A stretch of 64,000 nucleotides of DNA. It comes from Gekko japonicus. Taxonomy: Eukaryota. Positions within the stretch are counted from its first letter, which is position 1; each line of letters starts with the position of its first letter. The translations under genes and the position numbers were made by a program. Positions 49,516-62,166 of the stretch are shown one piece after another. The stretch lies in assembly GCF_001447785.1 (NCBI RefSeq), contig NW_015166485.1, forward strand, positions 59,087-123,086. Direction: 5' to 3'. A model generated the notes under the pieces. That model was given only the letters and a program-made list of their open reading frames with translations, searched no databases and was not told the origin of the DNA.

Positions 49516-52500
49516 AGCATGGCCATACATCCTCTTTATTTTATTGTATTTCTTATCTGGAACAGTAGATTGGAATAGTGATTGTGATGTACTGCAATGA
49601 ATAGTAGAATGTGATGTAATTTGGAATGATAGATAATGTATTTCTCTGGTCTGGTGACAGCGGAGACATAACACTCTACAACCAATCAACACACCTTAAA
49701 GAAAAGAATGCTGTCAGTTACCTCCGTCCCACATCAATTTTGATATATTTATTTGCTTCACTATGTTTTCCTCAGGAATTAAATCCAAATATAAACTAAG
49801 CTTGTTTTTTTCCTGTTTGGTGTTTGTATCTGTTACACATCTTCATTATGTTGTACGCTAATTTGCTGCTCACCCTTTACCTGTACATATGGACTGATAA
49901 CTTCTGTTTCAGTGTATCTAAAGAAGTGTGCCTGCACACGGAAGTTTATACCTTGAATAAAACTTTGTTGGTCTTAAAGGTGCTGCTGGGCTTTTTGTTT
50001 TGTTGCTTCAGACCAACACGGCTACCCACCTGAATCTATCTTCAGCTGCATGCAGAAACACCTCTTTTTGTCTGTCCTGAATTTATTGCCATCAATTTCA
50101 TTGGGTGTCCCCTAGTTCTAATATTATGGGAGAGGAAGAAAACACTCCTCCACTTCTGTTTAATTTCACCCAACACAGTATCCCAGGGCAAAAGGTTTCC
50201 TTTCCAGGGAGGCCTAGGCGCTGGCACTTTTTATAGGCTGACACATGGTTCAGTATGGCAACTGTGGCCTCTTTCCGTACATATGGACTGATAACTTCTG
50301 TTTCAGTGTATCTAAAGAAGTGACTTCTGTTTAATTTCACCCAACACAGTATCCCAGGGCAAAAGGTTTCCTTTCCAGGGAGGCCTAGGCGCTGGCACTT
50401 TTTATAGGCTGACACATGGTTCAGTATGGCAACTGTGGCCTCTTTCCAGGGCCACAAAGCTTCCCCAGCCCCCAAAGGAGATGGCTCTCTTCGTGTCTTT
50501 GATATTCAAGACCACACTGAAGGTTTGTTGGAATCAGTATTTGGGGAGACCCTTTTCACCTCCCTAAACAGTCTGTTCCCTTCCACCAGCAACCATTTCT
50601 TTAGGCATAGGAGGTGCCCCTATCCAACCTCTTGTTTTGTGTATGCACTCACTAAAGATAGGCAGCCAACCTTGATGGACTCCTTGTGTCAAATTATTTC
50701 TGCGTTTAAATACTCTGGATACAGATGTGCAATTTCTCCCCTCTAAATCACTAGAAAGGTTTATCCCTTTAAAAATAGGTAGCAAAAGGTAAATAAACAT
50801 CCCTTCATCTTTCCCTCTCCCCATAGTTTTTAACCCTTAGTTGGGGGAGGAAGGGACAACAGAGCGTCTGACCATTTGGAACCTCAGCTCTTTCCCGGAC
50901 AGAAGCTCCTGCATTCCTCCAGTGTACATTTCCCCACAAGGCTACAGCGGTTAAGACAAGCTGCACTTAATGAATTTCTCCCTGATAAAAGGCACAGGAT
51001 GCCCAACCAAGACCTTGTGGCTTGTACTGTAGCATTTGGAGCTATCCAGGAGGATGCAGGAATAGCTGGACCATTCATCTGAGAGACAGCATCTTTTAAA
51101 TGCAGGGTGTATAAGGGGGCAGTAGGAAAGCTCAGGTGCTCAGGTTCTGTTGATTAGTGCAGTATAAAATCAGTGTAGAGGTGTCTGGACAAACCGCTGA
51201 TCAAGTGTGCCTTCAGCCGCACAATCCTATGCCACTATGTGCAAATATGCATCTCACTTCCCATGGCCGATATTGATCTCTGGCAGTGGGAGTAAGAGAT
51301 GCAGCTGAGCCAATTATATCCTACCCAGATGTCACTGCGGATCAGACGGTCAGAAAATGCACTATGTAGACATGTGAACAGGAGAATGTATATATACTCC
51401 TGGTGAAAATGGGAGTGGTGGTGGAGAATGGTGTTCTGATTAACTGAATTGAGGTGAAGGACTTGTGGCTACAAAGCAGGCAGGAGATTGGAAGGGCCAC
51501 TGATCTTGTACTCTTTTTGAAGAATCACTGCAAGACTAACGGATTCCCCTGGAAAAGCCTACTGGCTAAATGCATGGGGAATGTTGGTAATTTTAACTGA
51601 GGAATGATTTTTACTTTATTTTGCACTATTGGCCTTTGCCTTATTTTTCATCTCTGAAAGTAAGCCGGGGCAGCTATTGTGTTGCTGGCTCTACCTCCTG
51701 CAGCGGCCATTTTGTGGCTGCAACCCACCAAGCTGTCTGAGAAGTCCAAAGATACATGCAGGCTCAAAAAAAGGCTGGTGACCCCCTGCATTAGAAGACC
51801 AAATTGCATGGCTTCCAGAGTACAAATTCACGGCGAGAGAAGAGGTTCCAGTAAGAGGGGGCGAGGAAAGGACAGTGGCCAGGAAGCAAGACTCCTGGTC
51901 CAGCTAACAGTGCACAAATGTATATGATTCTTTAACTAGCCCCCCCCCCCCTCAATAAAAAAAAACCTCCCAAGAAATGGAGCACCAAGTGTATGATCGT
52001 TGAATGTATTGTGATTGTTCCACCTTCTTGGACAATCTTCTGTAGCAGACTGCATGGAAAACAGTCAAGCAATACACATCCATCAACTTTTAAAGAATGT
52101 GGCTAAGTAACAATTTTCACTGTGCCCACCCTATGAATTTTTTTTGTACATTCTGTTTTTATGACTTTGATATATGTTTATATGTTGTACATCACCTAGA
52201 GCCCTGCAATAGCAGGGACTGGGCGATTCATAAATCATCATCATCATCATAAGCCTCAGTAATCATAACCAGATAACAAAGACAAAAAATACTCCACACC
52301 ACATTCTGGTGACATGTCCTCATTTAAAAAAAAATACACACCTGGACCTGTTTTCTAATAAGCTCAGTTCTATGGGATGAAGTGCCAGGTAGTGAGATTC
52401 ACCTCTGACTAAATATGCATAGGCTTGGAATGCATACAATGTGTGTGAAGGCAGCCTCTCCCGAACATATTATTAAAGAGATGATCTTGTGTTCGAGACA

Positions 52501-52785
52501 TGTTCAATGAAAGCGTATCTGGAATAAAGGCTTTGTTTCCCCCTTAATAATAATGCTGTCCAAAGATGCATCTTGCCTGTGATTTCTGTAAGAAGAATAC
52601 TTGGTTTTCAGATAATGGCAGTTCCCCCTTGCCTCCCCCTTCCCAAAAAGAAGAGCAAATCCCCACACTGCAATAAGGCTTTCCTTCCCACTTCGGATTC
52701 CTGCGTTCCTAGTAGATTTAAATTCACTTTGAATGCTTCTTGGATTTGTCAGGTTTTCCTACCAGCAGAGTGGATTCTCTGTTGC

Positions 52786-53765
52786 CTAATGAATCCCAGC
52801 CCCCGATTTAATGTTTCCTTGCCTTTTAGGAGGCTTGGAAGGTTTCTCAGCTCGGTGGATTGTCTCGTGCTGCTTACGGTTAGAGTTCTGACTGAAGCCC
52901 TTCCCACACAGCCTGCACTTGTAGGGCCTTTCACCTGTGTGGATGCGCTGGTGCTCGGTGAGGACAGAGCTGCGTGTAAAACTCTTGCCACACTCCCCAC
53001 AGGTGTAGGGCTTCTCTCCCGTGTGAGTGATGTGATGCCGGATGAAATCCGTGCTGTGCGCAAAGCATTTCCCGCACTGTGGGCAGCTGTAGGGCTTCTC
53101 AACCAAGCGGTGCCTCTGGTACTTCAACATCTTCGCGCTCCAAGAGAGGTTTTCCCCAGGCAACTGAGATGCCCCTCCAGGTCCCGGCTCAGCCCCCAAA
53201 CCCTTGTCAGTTGCCATCACGCTTGCAGAGCCGCCCTTCCGGTCATCTGTCCTTTGCCAATTATTTCCCCAACATGCTGGGCCAGTCCTTTTCTCCTTGC
53301 TGTGAATCCTCTCATGCTGGTTCCGGTTGGAGCTCTGGCTAAACCCTTGCCCACAATGGCTGCATTTGTATGGCTTTTCACCTGTATGGATCCTCTGGTG
53401 CTCAAGGAGGATTGAACTTCGACTGAAGCTCTTCCCGCATTCGAGGCACAGGTAAGGCTTTTCTCCAGTATGGGTCCTCTGATGTCTTAAGAGATCTGTG
53501 TTCCTGCGGTAATTCTTCCCACAATCAGAGCATCTGTAGGATTTAGACTTGCCACACAGGGACCCCGTGGGATCCTTGAGCTTTCCTTTATGTACAGCCA
53601 GTTGGTTCTCTGCAGGGTATCCTTGCTGGATCCCATTATCTCCTTCCCATTTGGGAACACTCGAGGACACCCCGTGATGCCCTGCACTTTCTTCCTGTGA
53701 ACTTTCTGCTTTGCTCTTATTTTCTGCTGGGAGAGACAAAACCCAGGCAGGATTTGTTCCATGTG
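52786..53765 (-). CDS. ZNF-D final exon: 6 C2H2 fingers arranged 3+3
   Basis: Six intact C2H2 motifs; in-frame phase-1 acceptors at 53765 or 53726; upstream coding exons not resolved. Confidence 0.85.
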
Positions 53766-56199
53766 CTGTGAACAGAAAAGAGGTTTGGCCATCACATTAT
53801 TAAACTTCCTGTGCTGAAACAGAGCATTCCCGTCCTCCCCGTGGGTAAGAGAGAAGTGCCAACAGCTTCCTCCTTGCAGATACTGTTTTGTGCATACTCA
53901 TGCATTGGCAATGTGATACAAGACTTCCAAATCAAAAAAAATCTTTGAAAGAAAATGGGAATAACAAATACCTGGGAAGGTATAGCTTTTGTGGATATCG
54001 AACAGCCTCTAGTTAGTATGAATTTTTATCAGTGTTATCCAGAACAGCATCATTATTTTACGTGGATGTTTCTCTTTCTCATCACACACACACACTTATG
54101 AGTCCATACCTCCCATTCCCCACTACAAGAAGCAAATGAGAGAACCATTCATTCAAACTTTAGATCAGGCATGGGAAACATGTTCTGAGATAGATTCCTC
54201 AAGTGACATTAAGCCCTGGTCTATGACCCCCTGTAATGGACAGTGAATGTTTAATGTGTTAGCCTGGTCAGAAAACCTTGATTGACAGAGGATTCCAATT
54301 GAATTCTACAGTTGAGAGTGGCCATTAAGAGTGGCAGTTAATTCAGTTAAGCAGAGTGAAAGGATCAAGAAGGATCCTGAATTAGGGAAGTGGGACCAGT
54401 AGTCTTGCCCTGAGAGAAACAGCTCCACGTAAAGGGGGGTGATCCCTACCAAGTGTTAAGAAAATTGGAACCAGTATGTTCCTTCCTTCACAGACTTAAG
54501 AAGTTTTGTACAGGGAGTTGGACTAGGTGACCCTGGAGGTCCCTTCCAGCTCTATGATTCTATGCCTGTTTATTTAAGCAGTGACTATCAAAAACTCTCT
54601 CCACAGTTTTAAAGACCTGTCTGTAGAACCAAACAGCAACTTTGTGACAAGCTTGTGACAAACTATCTGTTGTTCATAGCTATACAAAGTTACCTCATTC
54701 CTGTTGCCTGTTCACCTGCCAAGTTTAAACCCAACACCTACCTGGCCATTTCCCCTTTAAAAGTGAAATAAAGTCGTTTGTTTGTTTTTTGAATTACTGT
54801 TAGCCTCTGGTGTGCCATAATCTTACATTTATCAAAGAAGAGTTTTCTGGTTCCTCAATTCCCTAGGCTGGGTCAGCATATATCCATATACATTTAAACA
54901 ACTGGGTAGGACAGACAGGAGGGAGGAGGAAGGCTGCTCAGCCAAGAAAAAGAAAAAAGAAATCAGGAAAACGTTATACCTCTTTTCCCAAGGTTCCACA
55001 ACCTTACCTGGACTAAGCACTATTGATCCACCAGCAGGCATGCCGAGAGGCAAGAGAAAATATAAGGACCCTCAGCTAGACCTCCAAGCCACAGAGAGGG
55101 GCATGAGGCAGCTGAGGGAGCTGCAGCCTCCATAGCAAGAGCTAGACGGAGGAGATAGGCATCCAAGGATACCTCACTTGCAACGGCGATTGCAAAGGAC
55201 TGCGGGAAAGAATGCTATCCTTGCAGAGCATTCTGGGAGATGTAGTTTTTCCAAAATGGGGAGATTTATTATTTTTTTTATAAAGAAGGGGGAGTGAATT
55301 GGGAGAGGAGGAGAGAAGCAAACGAAATGGATTCTGGGGAAAGAGAAGAGAAAGAATGAATGAGTTCCAGGAATGAAAGAGGGAAAAGGTAGTTGATACA
55401 AAGAGGATCCATACAATTAGAAGATCAAGAGGGTTTTTTTGGCATCATCATCATAATCGAATGGGTGCTGGTTGCAGGGGTCACTCTTGGAGTCCTCTGG
55501 GTATGTAAAGATAAGTTTTTAAGCTTCCTTACAAGGAAGGAAAAGTAAAAGTGCAGGTTGCATTCTTTCAGTTGTTAAGGCTATTCCTACCGTCTAGTGG
55601 CATTTAAAAGCATGTAAATAATATTTTATTAAAACGATTTGATAATAACGGTGTAAACATTAAACGGCTATGCCCCCCACCGTGCTGTTTGACACTATTT
55701 CCCATCTTTACTGACTCCACATCACAGAATTCCTGTATTCAGGCATGCTAGGAAGACAAGAACATTCATTCATTCATTCGGTAGTTACATTCATTATGTT
55801 ACGAGATTTTTTTTCTTAAAAAAACTACATTACTTTTGAGAAGGACTTCAGCAATCGAGGAACATTTTGATGCTTCACTGGGTTTTGGTTGGGAATGTTA
55901 ACAAGGGGGGTTGGGAATTTAATAGCAGCGAAGCTGCATCTGGAAGAAAATTCTGTATTGTCCCAGCCAGAATTGGATTTTTGACCCTTCGCCTGCCGTT
56001 GTTTTTTTTGTTTTTAAAGCTTTCCACTGAAACGCTCCTACGGATGGGCGTCAGATTTTAAGGACAAAAGTGACGAATCCAGGGTTTTTCCGCAAAAATG
56101 GGAGTAATTTCAGTTGCATGATAACAAGATCATCTTTCTGAAGCGGGAAAACACCTTAGTATTGTTTACCGCGGACCCCTTTCAAGTTTTCCGTTTCTG

Positions 56200-56600
56200 A
56201 CCCACCCTTCAAATGGTGGCGAACGAACCGGCGTCAAGTATAATCTGCCCTGATCCAAGATGGCCGCCGACTAATACGTCTTTCTGATTTAAATTTTTTT
56301 GCCCTTGCCAAAAACGACGGACCCTTTAACTTCAGCGGTACTTTTTCCCTTACTCAAGATGGCGCCCACACCACTTTTCTTGCAACGCAACCAGCATTGC
56401 CACCCCTGTGTGCCCTCAGCAGAGATGGCGGCACTTTAGCCGCCCGACCTTGGCAAAGAAGAGGTTGCCTATTGGCTGTGGCTGAAAGCAACGTCTACTA
56501 TTATTGGGTGAGCAGGATCTGGAGAACGGTCTGGGAAGGGCAGGCGGCGGTAGCGGCAGGAGAAGGGCAGGGGGAAGAGGACGAGAGTGTGCGGGTGAGC
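56200..56600. promoter_or_regulatory. Bidirectional CpG promoter between ZNF-D (-) and PRR14 (+), with YY1-type motif cluster
   Basis: CAAATGGTGGC 56210, CAAGATGGCCGCC 56256, CAAGATGGCGCC 56355, GAGATGGCGGC 56422; ATTGG at ~56471 and ~56503; donor CGG|GTGAGC at ~56595. Confidence 0.7.
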
Positions 56601-57035
56601 CGAAGGGAGGGGATAAGGGCGGGCACGGAACTCGGGAGTGTGTTTTCTGTTAAATTTAGTTTTATTTAATCTGAGAGGCTTGAATTTATGTCTGTACTTA
56701 ACTTTATTGAGATAAATAAGGCGCCTGAAGAAGGTGGGGCTGGAGGTGAGATATCCCGGGCGGGGGGNNNNNNNNNNNNNNNNNNNNNNNNNNNNNNNNN
56801 NNNNNNNNNNNNNNNNNNNNNNNNNNNNNNNNNNNNNNACGCAGAAGCTGGTAGAATGGAGGGGGGGCAGTGGAAAGATACTTTAGGAGCACTGGGGAGA
56901 ATTCCCCGGGATTGGAGAGCGTGCGAAAGAGAGACTCCGGCAGACGGTTTTAGAGTAAAGGTATTTGAGTCGCTATCTAAGAGGCGCCAAGTGTGTAAGT
57001 GGGTCTGTATTATCTGGGGAAGTAAGGTGGGACAG

Positions 57036-57387
57036 GAGCTGCGGTGGCTCAAGTGGTTAAGACGCTGAACTGCAGGCTGTGGAAGGTCGGTAGTTCAGCC
57101 GTTCGAGACCCGAGTGTGCCGCATGACGGAGTGACCTCCCGCCTCTAGTTCCAGCTCCTGCCAACCTAGCAGTTCGAAAGCAAGAAATTGCAAGTAGATA
57201 AATAGGTACCACTTCGGTGGGAAGGGAACAGCGTTCCGTGCGCCTTGGTGTTTCGTCATGCCGGCCACATGACCACGGAAACGTCTTCGGACAGCGCTGG
57301 CTCTTCGGCTTTGAAACTGAGATGAGCACCGCAACCCTAGAGTCGGATTCGACTGGCTTTCGAGCAAGGGAACCTTTACCTTTACCT
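57036..57387 (+). mobile_element. Sauria SINE, full length, CpG-rich (young)
   Basis: GGAGCTGCGGTGGCTC head to GGGAACCTTTACCTTTACCTA tail. Confidence 0.88.
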
Positions 57388-59362
57388 AAGGTGGGACAAA
57401 GCGGCGGGATGTCTCCCGAGTGCCCCAAATCCGTCTTTCCCTGTGTGGGTCGGTTCCCTCGTACACCGTCCCTGTTCCGCTGGGTAGGATACAGCACAGG
57501 AAAGGTGCGTGTTTAGTGTGAAGGAGAGTGATCCTATCCCATGAAGCGTTGTTCTTCGTATGGAGGAGAGTGATCCTAATCCTATGAAGCGTAGTTGGGT
57601 AGAGAAGGACGGGAGGGTGAGCTGTAATCTTCTCTGCCCTTGGACCATTTGCTTTTTAACCTTCCTTGGACCGGGGGCCTGTGTCGGACCACTGTTCTGT
57701 ACAGCACCTACCACCTTGTTCCTACTGAAAGAACAAATGTGTGGAGCAGAGAGAGAATGATGTTCCAAGCTGGAGAGTGAGGTTTTGAGGAAGGTGGTGT
57801 TTGGGTGGAAGAGAGGCCGCTATCCTACTGGTCTTTACCGAGGAGCATCTTTCATTGAAACGGGAGAGGCTTACTGCGGAAGCTCGGGCTGGAATCAATG
57901 TTGTTAGGCTTTAAGGTGCCACTGGACTTTTGCTTTGCTTTACTTCAGAGGAGATATTATTAGGTGTAGTCTGTAAAGGGTTGTTTACAGAAACAAGTGA
58001 CTAATTAGTTTAATTCGCTGTAGACTCATTGTGGCTTGTGACTGCCTCATCTTGCCACTGGGGTCAGTGGCTGCCTCTGCCTGGGTGCCTACCGGACCAC
58101 GTCTTGGCATGGAGCCTGATAGGTCTGCCTGGCTAATTTTGGGTGCCTTGGCGTCTCTCATGTGGTAGGAAGAAGCAGCATCCCTGCAATGCCCTTACCT
58201 GTCTCCGATCATCATGTTTGACTTCTAGTCCGCTTACCCCAATAGAATAAAAAGGGTAATGAAAGCAGACATTTTGGACAATGCTTCTGTCATGCGAGGG
58301 CTCAAGTTGGCCCGTCCCGAGCCTGTGTTTCTTTTTGGCCCTTTTCAAAGAAGCCTCGGTAACCTGTTTTCTTCTGTGCTGCCCTGGTGTGTACCTCCGG
58401 TGGCTTTTGTATCTTCCGATTTGCTCCTGTAATTCATTGGTGCTCATCTGTCTTTGGCAGATGCCCAATTAGCTTTGTGCTTATAAAGGTGCCACTGGAC
58501 TCAAAACTTTGTTCTGCTGCTTCAGACCAACAACGCTACCCACCTGAATCTTGCTTTGTGCTTTTCACTCTGCTTAATGCAATCACCTCTGTGCTGGGAA
58601 ACTTAGAATCATAGAGCTGGAAGGGACCTCCAGGGTCATCTAGTCCAACCCCCTGCACAAGGCAGGAAATTCACAAACACCTCCTCCTCCACACCCGCAG
58701 TGACCACTGCTCCACTTCCCCTTTGCCTTGTGAGCTTCCAGTTTGGTTACCCTAGAGGGACCCTGTGGGGAGTGTCTGGATTTTCTGTTGTCACTAACGT
58801 GCTGTTTGCATGGCAGTTAATGGTTTATAATTATCTTCTCTAAGGGGAGGCATAATTAATCCCCCTCATGCCCCTGTACCTTCTTTTCCCTCTGAAGACT
58901 TGTGTGTGTTTAGTGCTATGGGGAAGAGATGTGTTTGTGAGCCAGCCAGGCCTTCAAATGTGATGTTAAGGCACTGAAAAGGGCGCACCTCACAAGAACC
59001 GGATACCATTAACATACCTAACATACCTTTTCCTAGCTTGGTGGTAAATGTGATTCCCCCCCCCCTCCAGTTTATAAAAGACAGAACTATGATGGCAGTC
59101 TGTATTATGAATTACAAGAACAGAGCTGGTGGCTGGATATATATTCTAGATAAATGTGAAACGAAAGAGAATTTTGCATGGATGAGGTAGAGCTGCATCA
59201 GTGGTCTGTAAGGAGGTAGTGACAAGTCTGGTTTCTTCTTTTCTTTCTCCCCCTGAAGCGGAGAGGTGAGAGATGAGGACGTGGTGGGCCCTCCTGGGCC
59301 GGCCTCCAAACTCCTGATCCCAGGGGATTGGGGGAGGAGATCTCTGCTTCCTGCAACCAGCC

Positions 59363-59460
59363 ATGGAGTGCCCCCTTTCCGCAGAAGCTTCAGAGGAAGA
59401 CCCCCAGCCGGTGCCTGCCTGTCAAAAGCAGGTTAGGCGACGAAGAATCATGGTATACAG
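59363..59460 (+). CDS. PRR14: PRR14 first coding exon (MECPLSAEASEED...RRRRIMVY)
   Basis: gccATGg; phase-2 donor CAG|GTGAGA compatible with the next exon. Confidence 0.65.
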
Positions 59461-59550
59461 GTGAGAGAAGAGTTGGTCTCCCTAGAAATTCAAGTGAGGG
59501 AGCAGCTGTATTGCCGCCTTGAGACTTCTCGCATCACTTCACATTTTCAG

Positions 59551-59821
59551 GCCTTCCCCTGAGGAGCAAGAGCCCCCCACCGTCTGCTGGAAACCCCTTG
59601 AGCAAGGCAGAGTGCCTCCCGTCCAGTGTGAGGATGCAGACAGGTCACCCAGCAAGAGACAACGGCTGCAGCAGGGACCTCCGAGCCCAGTGGTGGAGAG
59701 CAAAGGGGAAGCGTGTGACAGAGTGGGGGAGACCCTGTGGCGTGTCGCATCCCCTATGGAGAAGGAGCAGCGGAAAGTGCTGGCTGTGGATCTGGAGGAC
59801 TTTTCCACAACTCAAGTGCCT
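59551..59821 (+). CDS. PRR14: PRR14 coding exon 2 (SPSKRQRLQ...SPMEKEQRKVLAVDLED)
   Basis: TTTTCAG acceptor, CCT|GTGAGT donor; matches recalled human SPKRPRLQ...SPLEKASRRVLAVVLED. Confidence 0.85.
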
Positions 59822-60047
59822 GTGAGTGGGATGTTGTAGAGCAGTGGCTGGGATATGGGGGAGGACCTTGATGAAATGGGGCCCCAACCGAATAAGGACC
59901 ACGGACGTGGTTTCATAGCTCCCTCCTCCATGGCACCCGGTTGCCTCTCCATTAGAAATCCCGCCCTGTCCCATGTGTCCAGAGCCACCAAGACAAAACC
60001 TTCTGGGGTTTGCACCTTCATTTGCGCACTTCATACATTTGTTAGGC

Positions 60048-60367
60048 CAGTGATGGCAAACCTTTTAAGAGACCGAGTGCCCAAACGGCGACCCAAAACC
60101 CACTTATTTATCGCAAAGCGCCAACACGGCAATTTAACCTGAATACTGAGGTTTTACTTGAGAAAAAACAACTCATACATTAACTTAAGAGGATCCAAAC
60201 AAAGTAAGGAAAGCAATCCCAAATGCTTTCATTTACTTAAAATTATTTGGCAGAGAATTCGACACTTGAATGATGGTCTGGGCCTGGCTGGGGCGATGGC
60301 ATGCGTGCCCACAGAGAGGGCTCTGAGTGCCACCTCTGGCACCCGTGCCATAGGTTCGCCACCACTG
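60048..60367. mobile_element. hAT (Charlie-like) MITE in PRR14 intron
   Basis: Exact 8-bp TSD TGTTAGGC (60040-60047, 60368-60375); TIRs CAGTGATGGCAAACCT / AGGTTCGCCACCACTG. Confidence 0.88.
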
Positions 60368-60692
60368 TGTTAGGCTGTCTCAGAAAATTCTCCTTAACTG
60401 CCAGTTCAGCTGTGGCTACGAGTGAACAGGAACTCCCTGCCCACTTCTCAAGAGTTAATACAGGAGTGAAGGCACAGGATCTCGAGCTGGCCCATAAGGT
60501 CATGTCGCTCTCGTGATGCTGTGTGCTACCCAGTTAGGAGAATAGGGCCCTGTGGTCTATTGTCTCAAGCTGCTTGGATTGTGTACTGCTTGCGTCCCCC
60601 CAAGTCAGCTCTTGGGATGGAGGAAGGGGAGGAGAGCAGACCCCTGATCTTCCCTGTCCATGAGCTGTTGGGGGATGTCTCGCTTTCCCCAG

Positions 60693-60823
60693 GAAGCTCT
60701 GGAAGGGTGCTCACCTCTGCAAGGATCACTTGCGTCCCTCTGTGCGAATCCTCTCCATTCAACCAATATGAATGAAGCCGGATCCTCCTGGCAGGCGAAG
60801 GGTCAAAGTAGCACCGTCTCCAG
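60693..60823 (+). CDS. PRR14: PRR14 coding exon 3 (EALEGCSPLQG...SSTVS)
   Basis: TTTCCCCAG acceptor, CAG|GTGAGC donor; phase 0-2 is needed to bridge the neighbouring exons. Confidence 0.7.
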
Positions 60824-60922
60824 GTGAGCAAGGACTTGTTTGACCAGAGAGAGGTCCTGGGCTTGGGTGCCCAACTTGAAGCCCTCGGTCTTCTGCTCCT
60901 TTCTCTCTCCCCCTCTCCCCAG

Positions 60923-61184
60923 ATCGTCTCCGCCTAAGGGGCCTTCCACTTCCTGCCAGGAGCCTCAGGGGAGGCTGGCCCATGCTTGCCAGAAGCCGTG
61001 GCCCCAGAGGCTGCCCCCCTCTCAAGGTCACGAGTCAGAGCGCCTGCAAGCCAAAAGGCAGCGTCTGCAGAAGGTGGCACCCCTGGCCAACGGCAGCGAG
61101 GGGGGGAAAGCGTCCGCCCTGGAGAAGGCCCGTCGGCAGATCCTGGCCATCAGCCTGGAAGACTGTTCCTCGAGCCAAGCGAGA
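60923..61184 (+). CDS. PRR14: PRR14 coding exon 4 (AKRQRLQ...SALEKARRQILAISLED)
   Basis: Long polypyrimidine acceptor, AGA|GTGAGT donor, phase 2-0. Confidence 0.8.
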
Positions 61185-61282
61185 GTGAGTTGGGAGGGCA
61201 GGGGGGGGGGGAACGTGCCGAGGGAGCGGGAGGGCAGCGTCCTGGCCCAAGTTTCGGTTCAGACGTCTCTTCTTGCTGGCAG

Positions 61283-61332
61283 GATGACGGTGCTGGCAAG
61301 GAGCCACTGGAGACCTCACTGTCCCCCTGTAG
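61283..61332 (+). CDS. PRR14: PRR14 coding exon 5 (DDGAGKEPLETSLSPC)
   Basis: GGCAG acceptor, TAG|GTGAGT donor, phase 0-2. Confidence 0.7.
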
Positions 61333-61595
61333 GTGAGTGCTTCTCCACAAAACAAACCGAGGCTCGGAACTGGCTGTGCCGCCTTTCCCCGACAGGGTGG
61401 TGCCGATTGATAAAGGAAGAAAACTCACCGGCTTCCAGGGCTTTTTTGCATCGATGCCTCGTGTCACCCTCCTGTGCTCCCTTGTGGTGCGAAGGGGCGG
61501 TCTCTCTGGCTCCCTGGTCTCCCTAGAGCACCTTGGTTTCTGGAGGGCCGAAGGAGGCTGCCCATCATTTTCCTTGTTTTTTTGCTCTTGTGCAG

Positions 61596-61687
61596 CAGCC
61601 ATCAGGTGACTCTGCCTCACCCAACGCCTGCTCTCGACGTGGAAAAGCCCGCCCGTTCTGATAAACACGAGAAGCATCATCGAACAG
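61596..61687 (+). CDS. PRR14: PRR14 coding exon 6
   Basis: NAGNAG acceptor after a T-rich tract, CAG|GTAGGA donor, phase 2-1. Confidence 0.7.
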
Positions 61688-62166
61688 GTAGGAAGGGCTC
61701 CTGGATTTGGCTCTGTGCACTGTCGGTCTCTTCTTCTGTGTAAGGGGAATTCTGGGCCAGGACAGTGTCGTGGACTGTTTCTGTTCCTGTCGGTTTCCTG
61801 GGCTTATACGTATGTGCTATGGAAATTTGTAGCCTCATTAAAAAACAAACAAATCTGACTCTCACGATCAAAATGTGTGTCGGCCACTTTCGTGTACCTC
61901 ATGCCGAAAGTGTCGTCTGGGGGGGGGGGGTGGTTCACTTTGCATCTGTGCATGTGGTAGGGGAGGGCGGTTGATCATGCACAGCTCTGCCAAGAGGTAT
62001 GAAGTCTGCCAAGAGGGTGTTACGGGATATGTGTGTCAAGCAACTGTGTGCGGGCAAGGGGGAAAGGTGAACCGAGCCATGAGGATTAAGAGGAACAATA
62101 ACTTTGTTAGTGAGTGGCCGTCTGCTCTTGTGCTTTCCTGTTCTTTTCTGCTCTTCCTCCCTTCAG

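Noticed and set aside
54181-54827. Possible solo LTR (TG...TTACA, AATAAA at ~54767)
   Set aside because: No matching TSD found for either candidate start; not supportable without a repeat search
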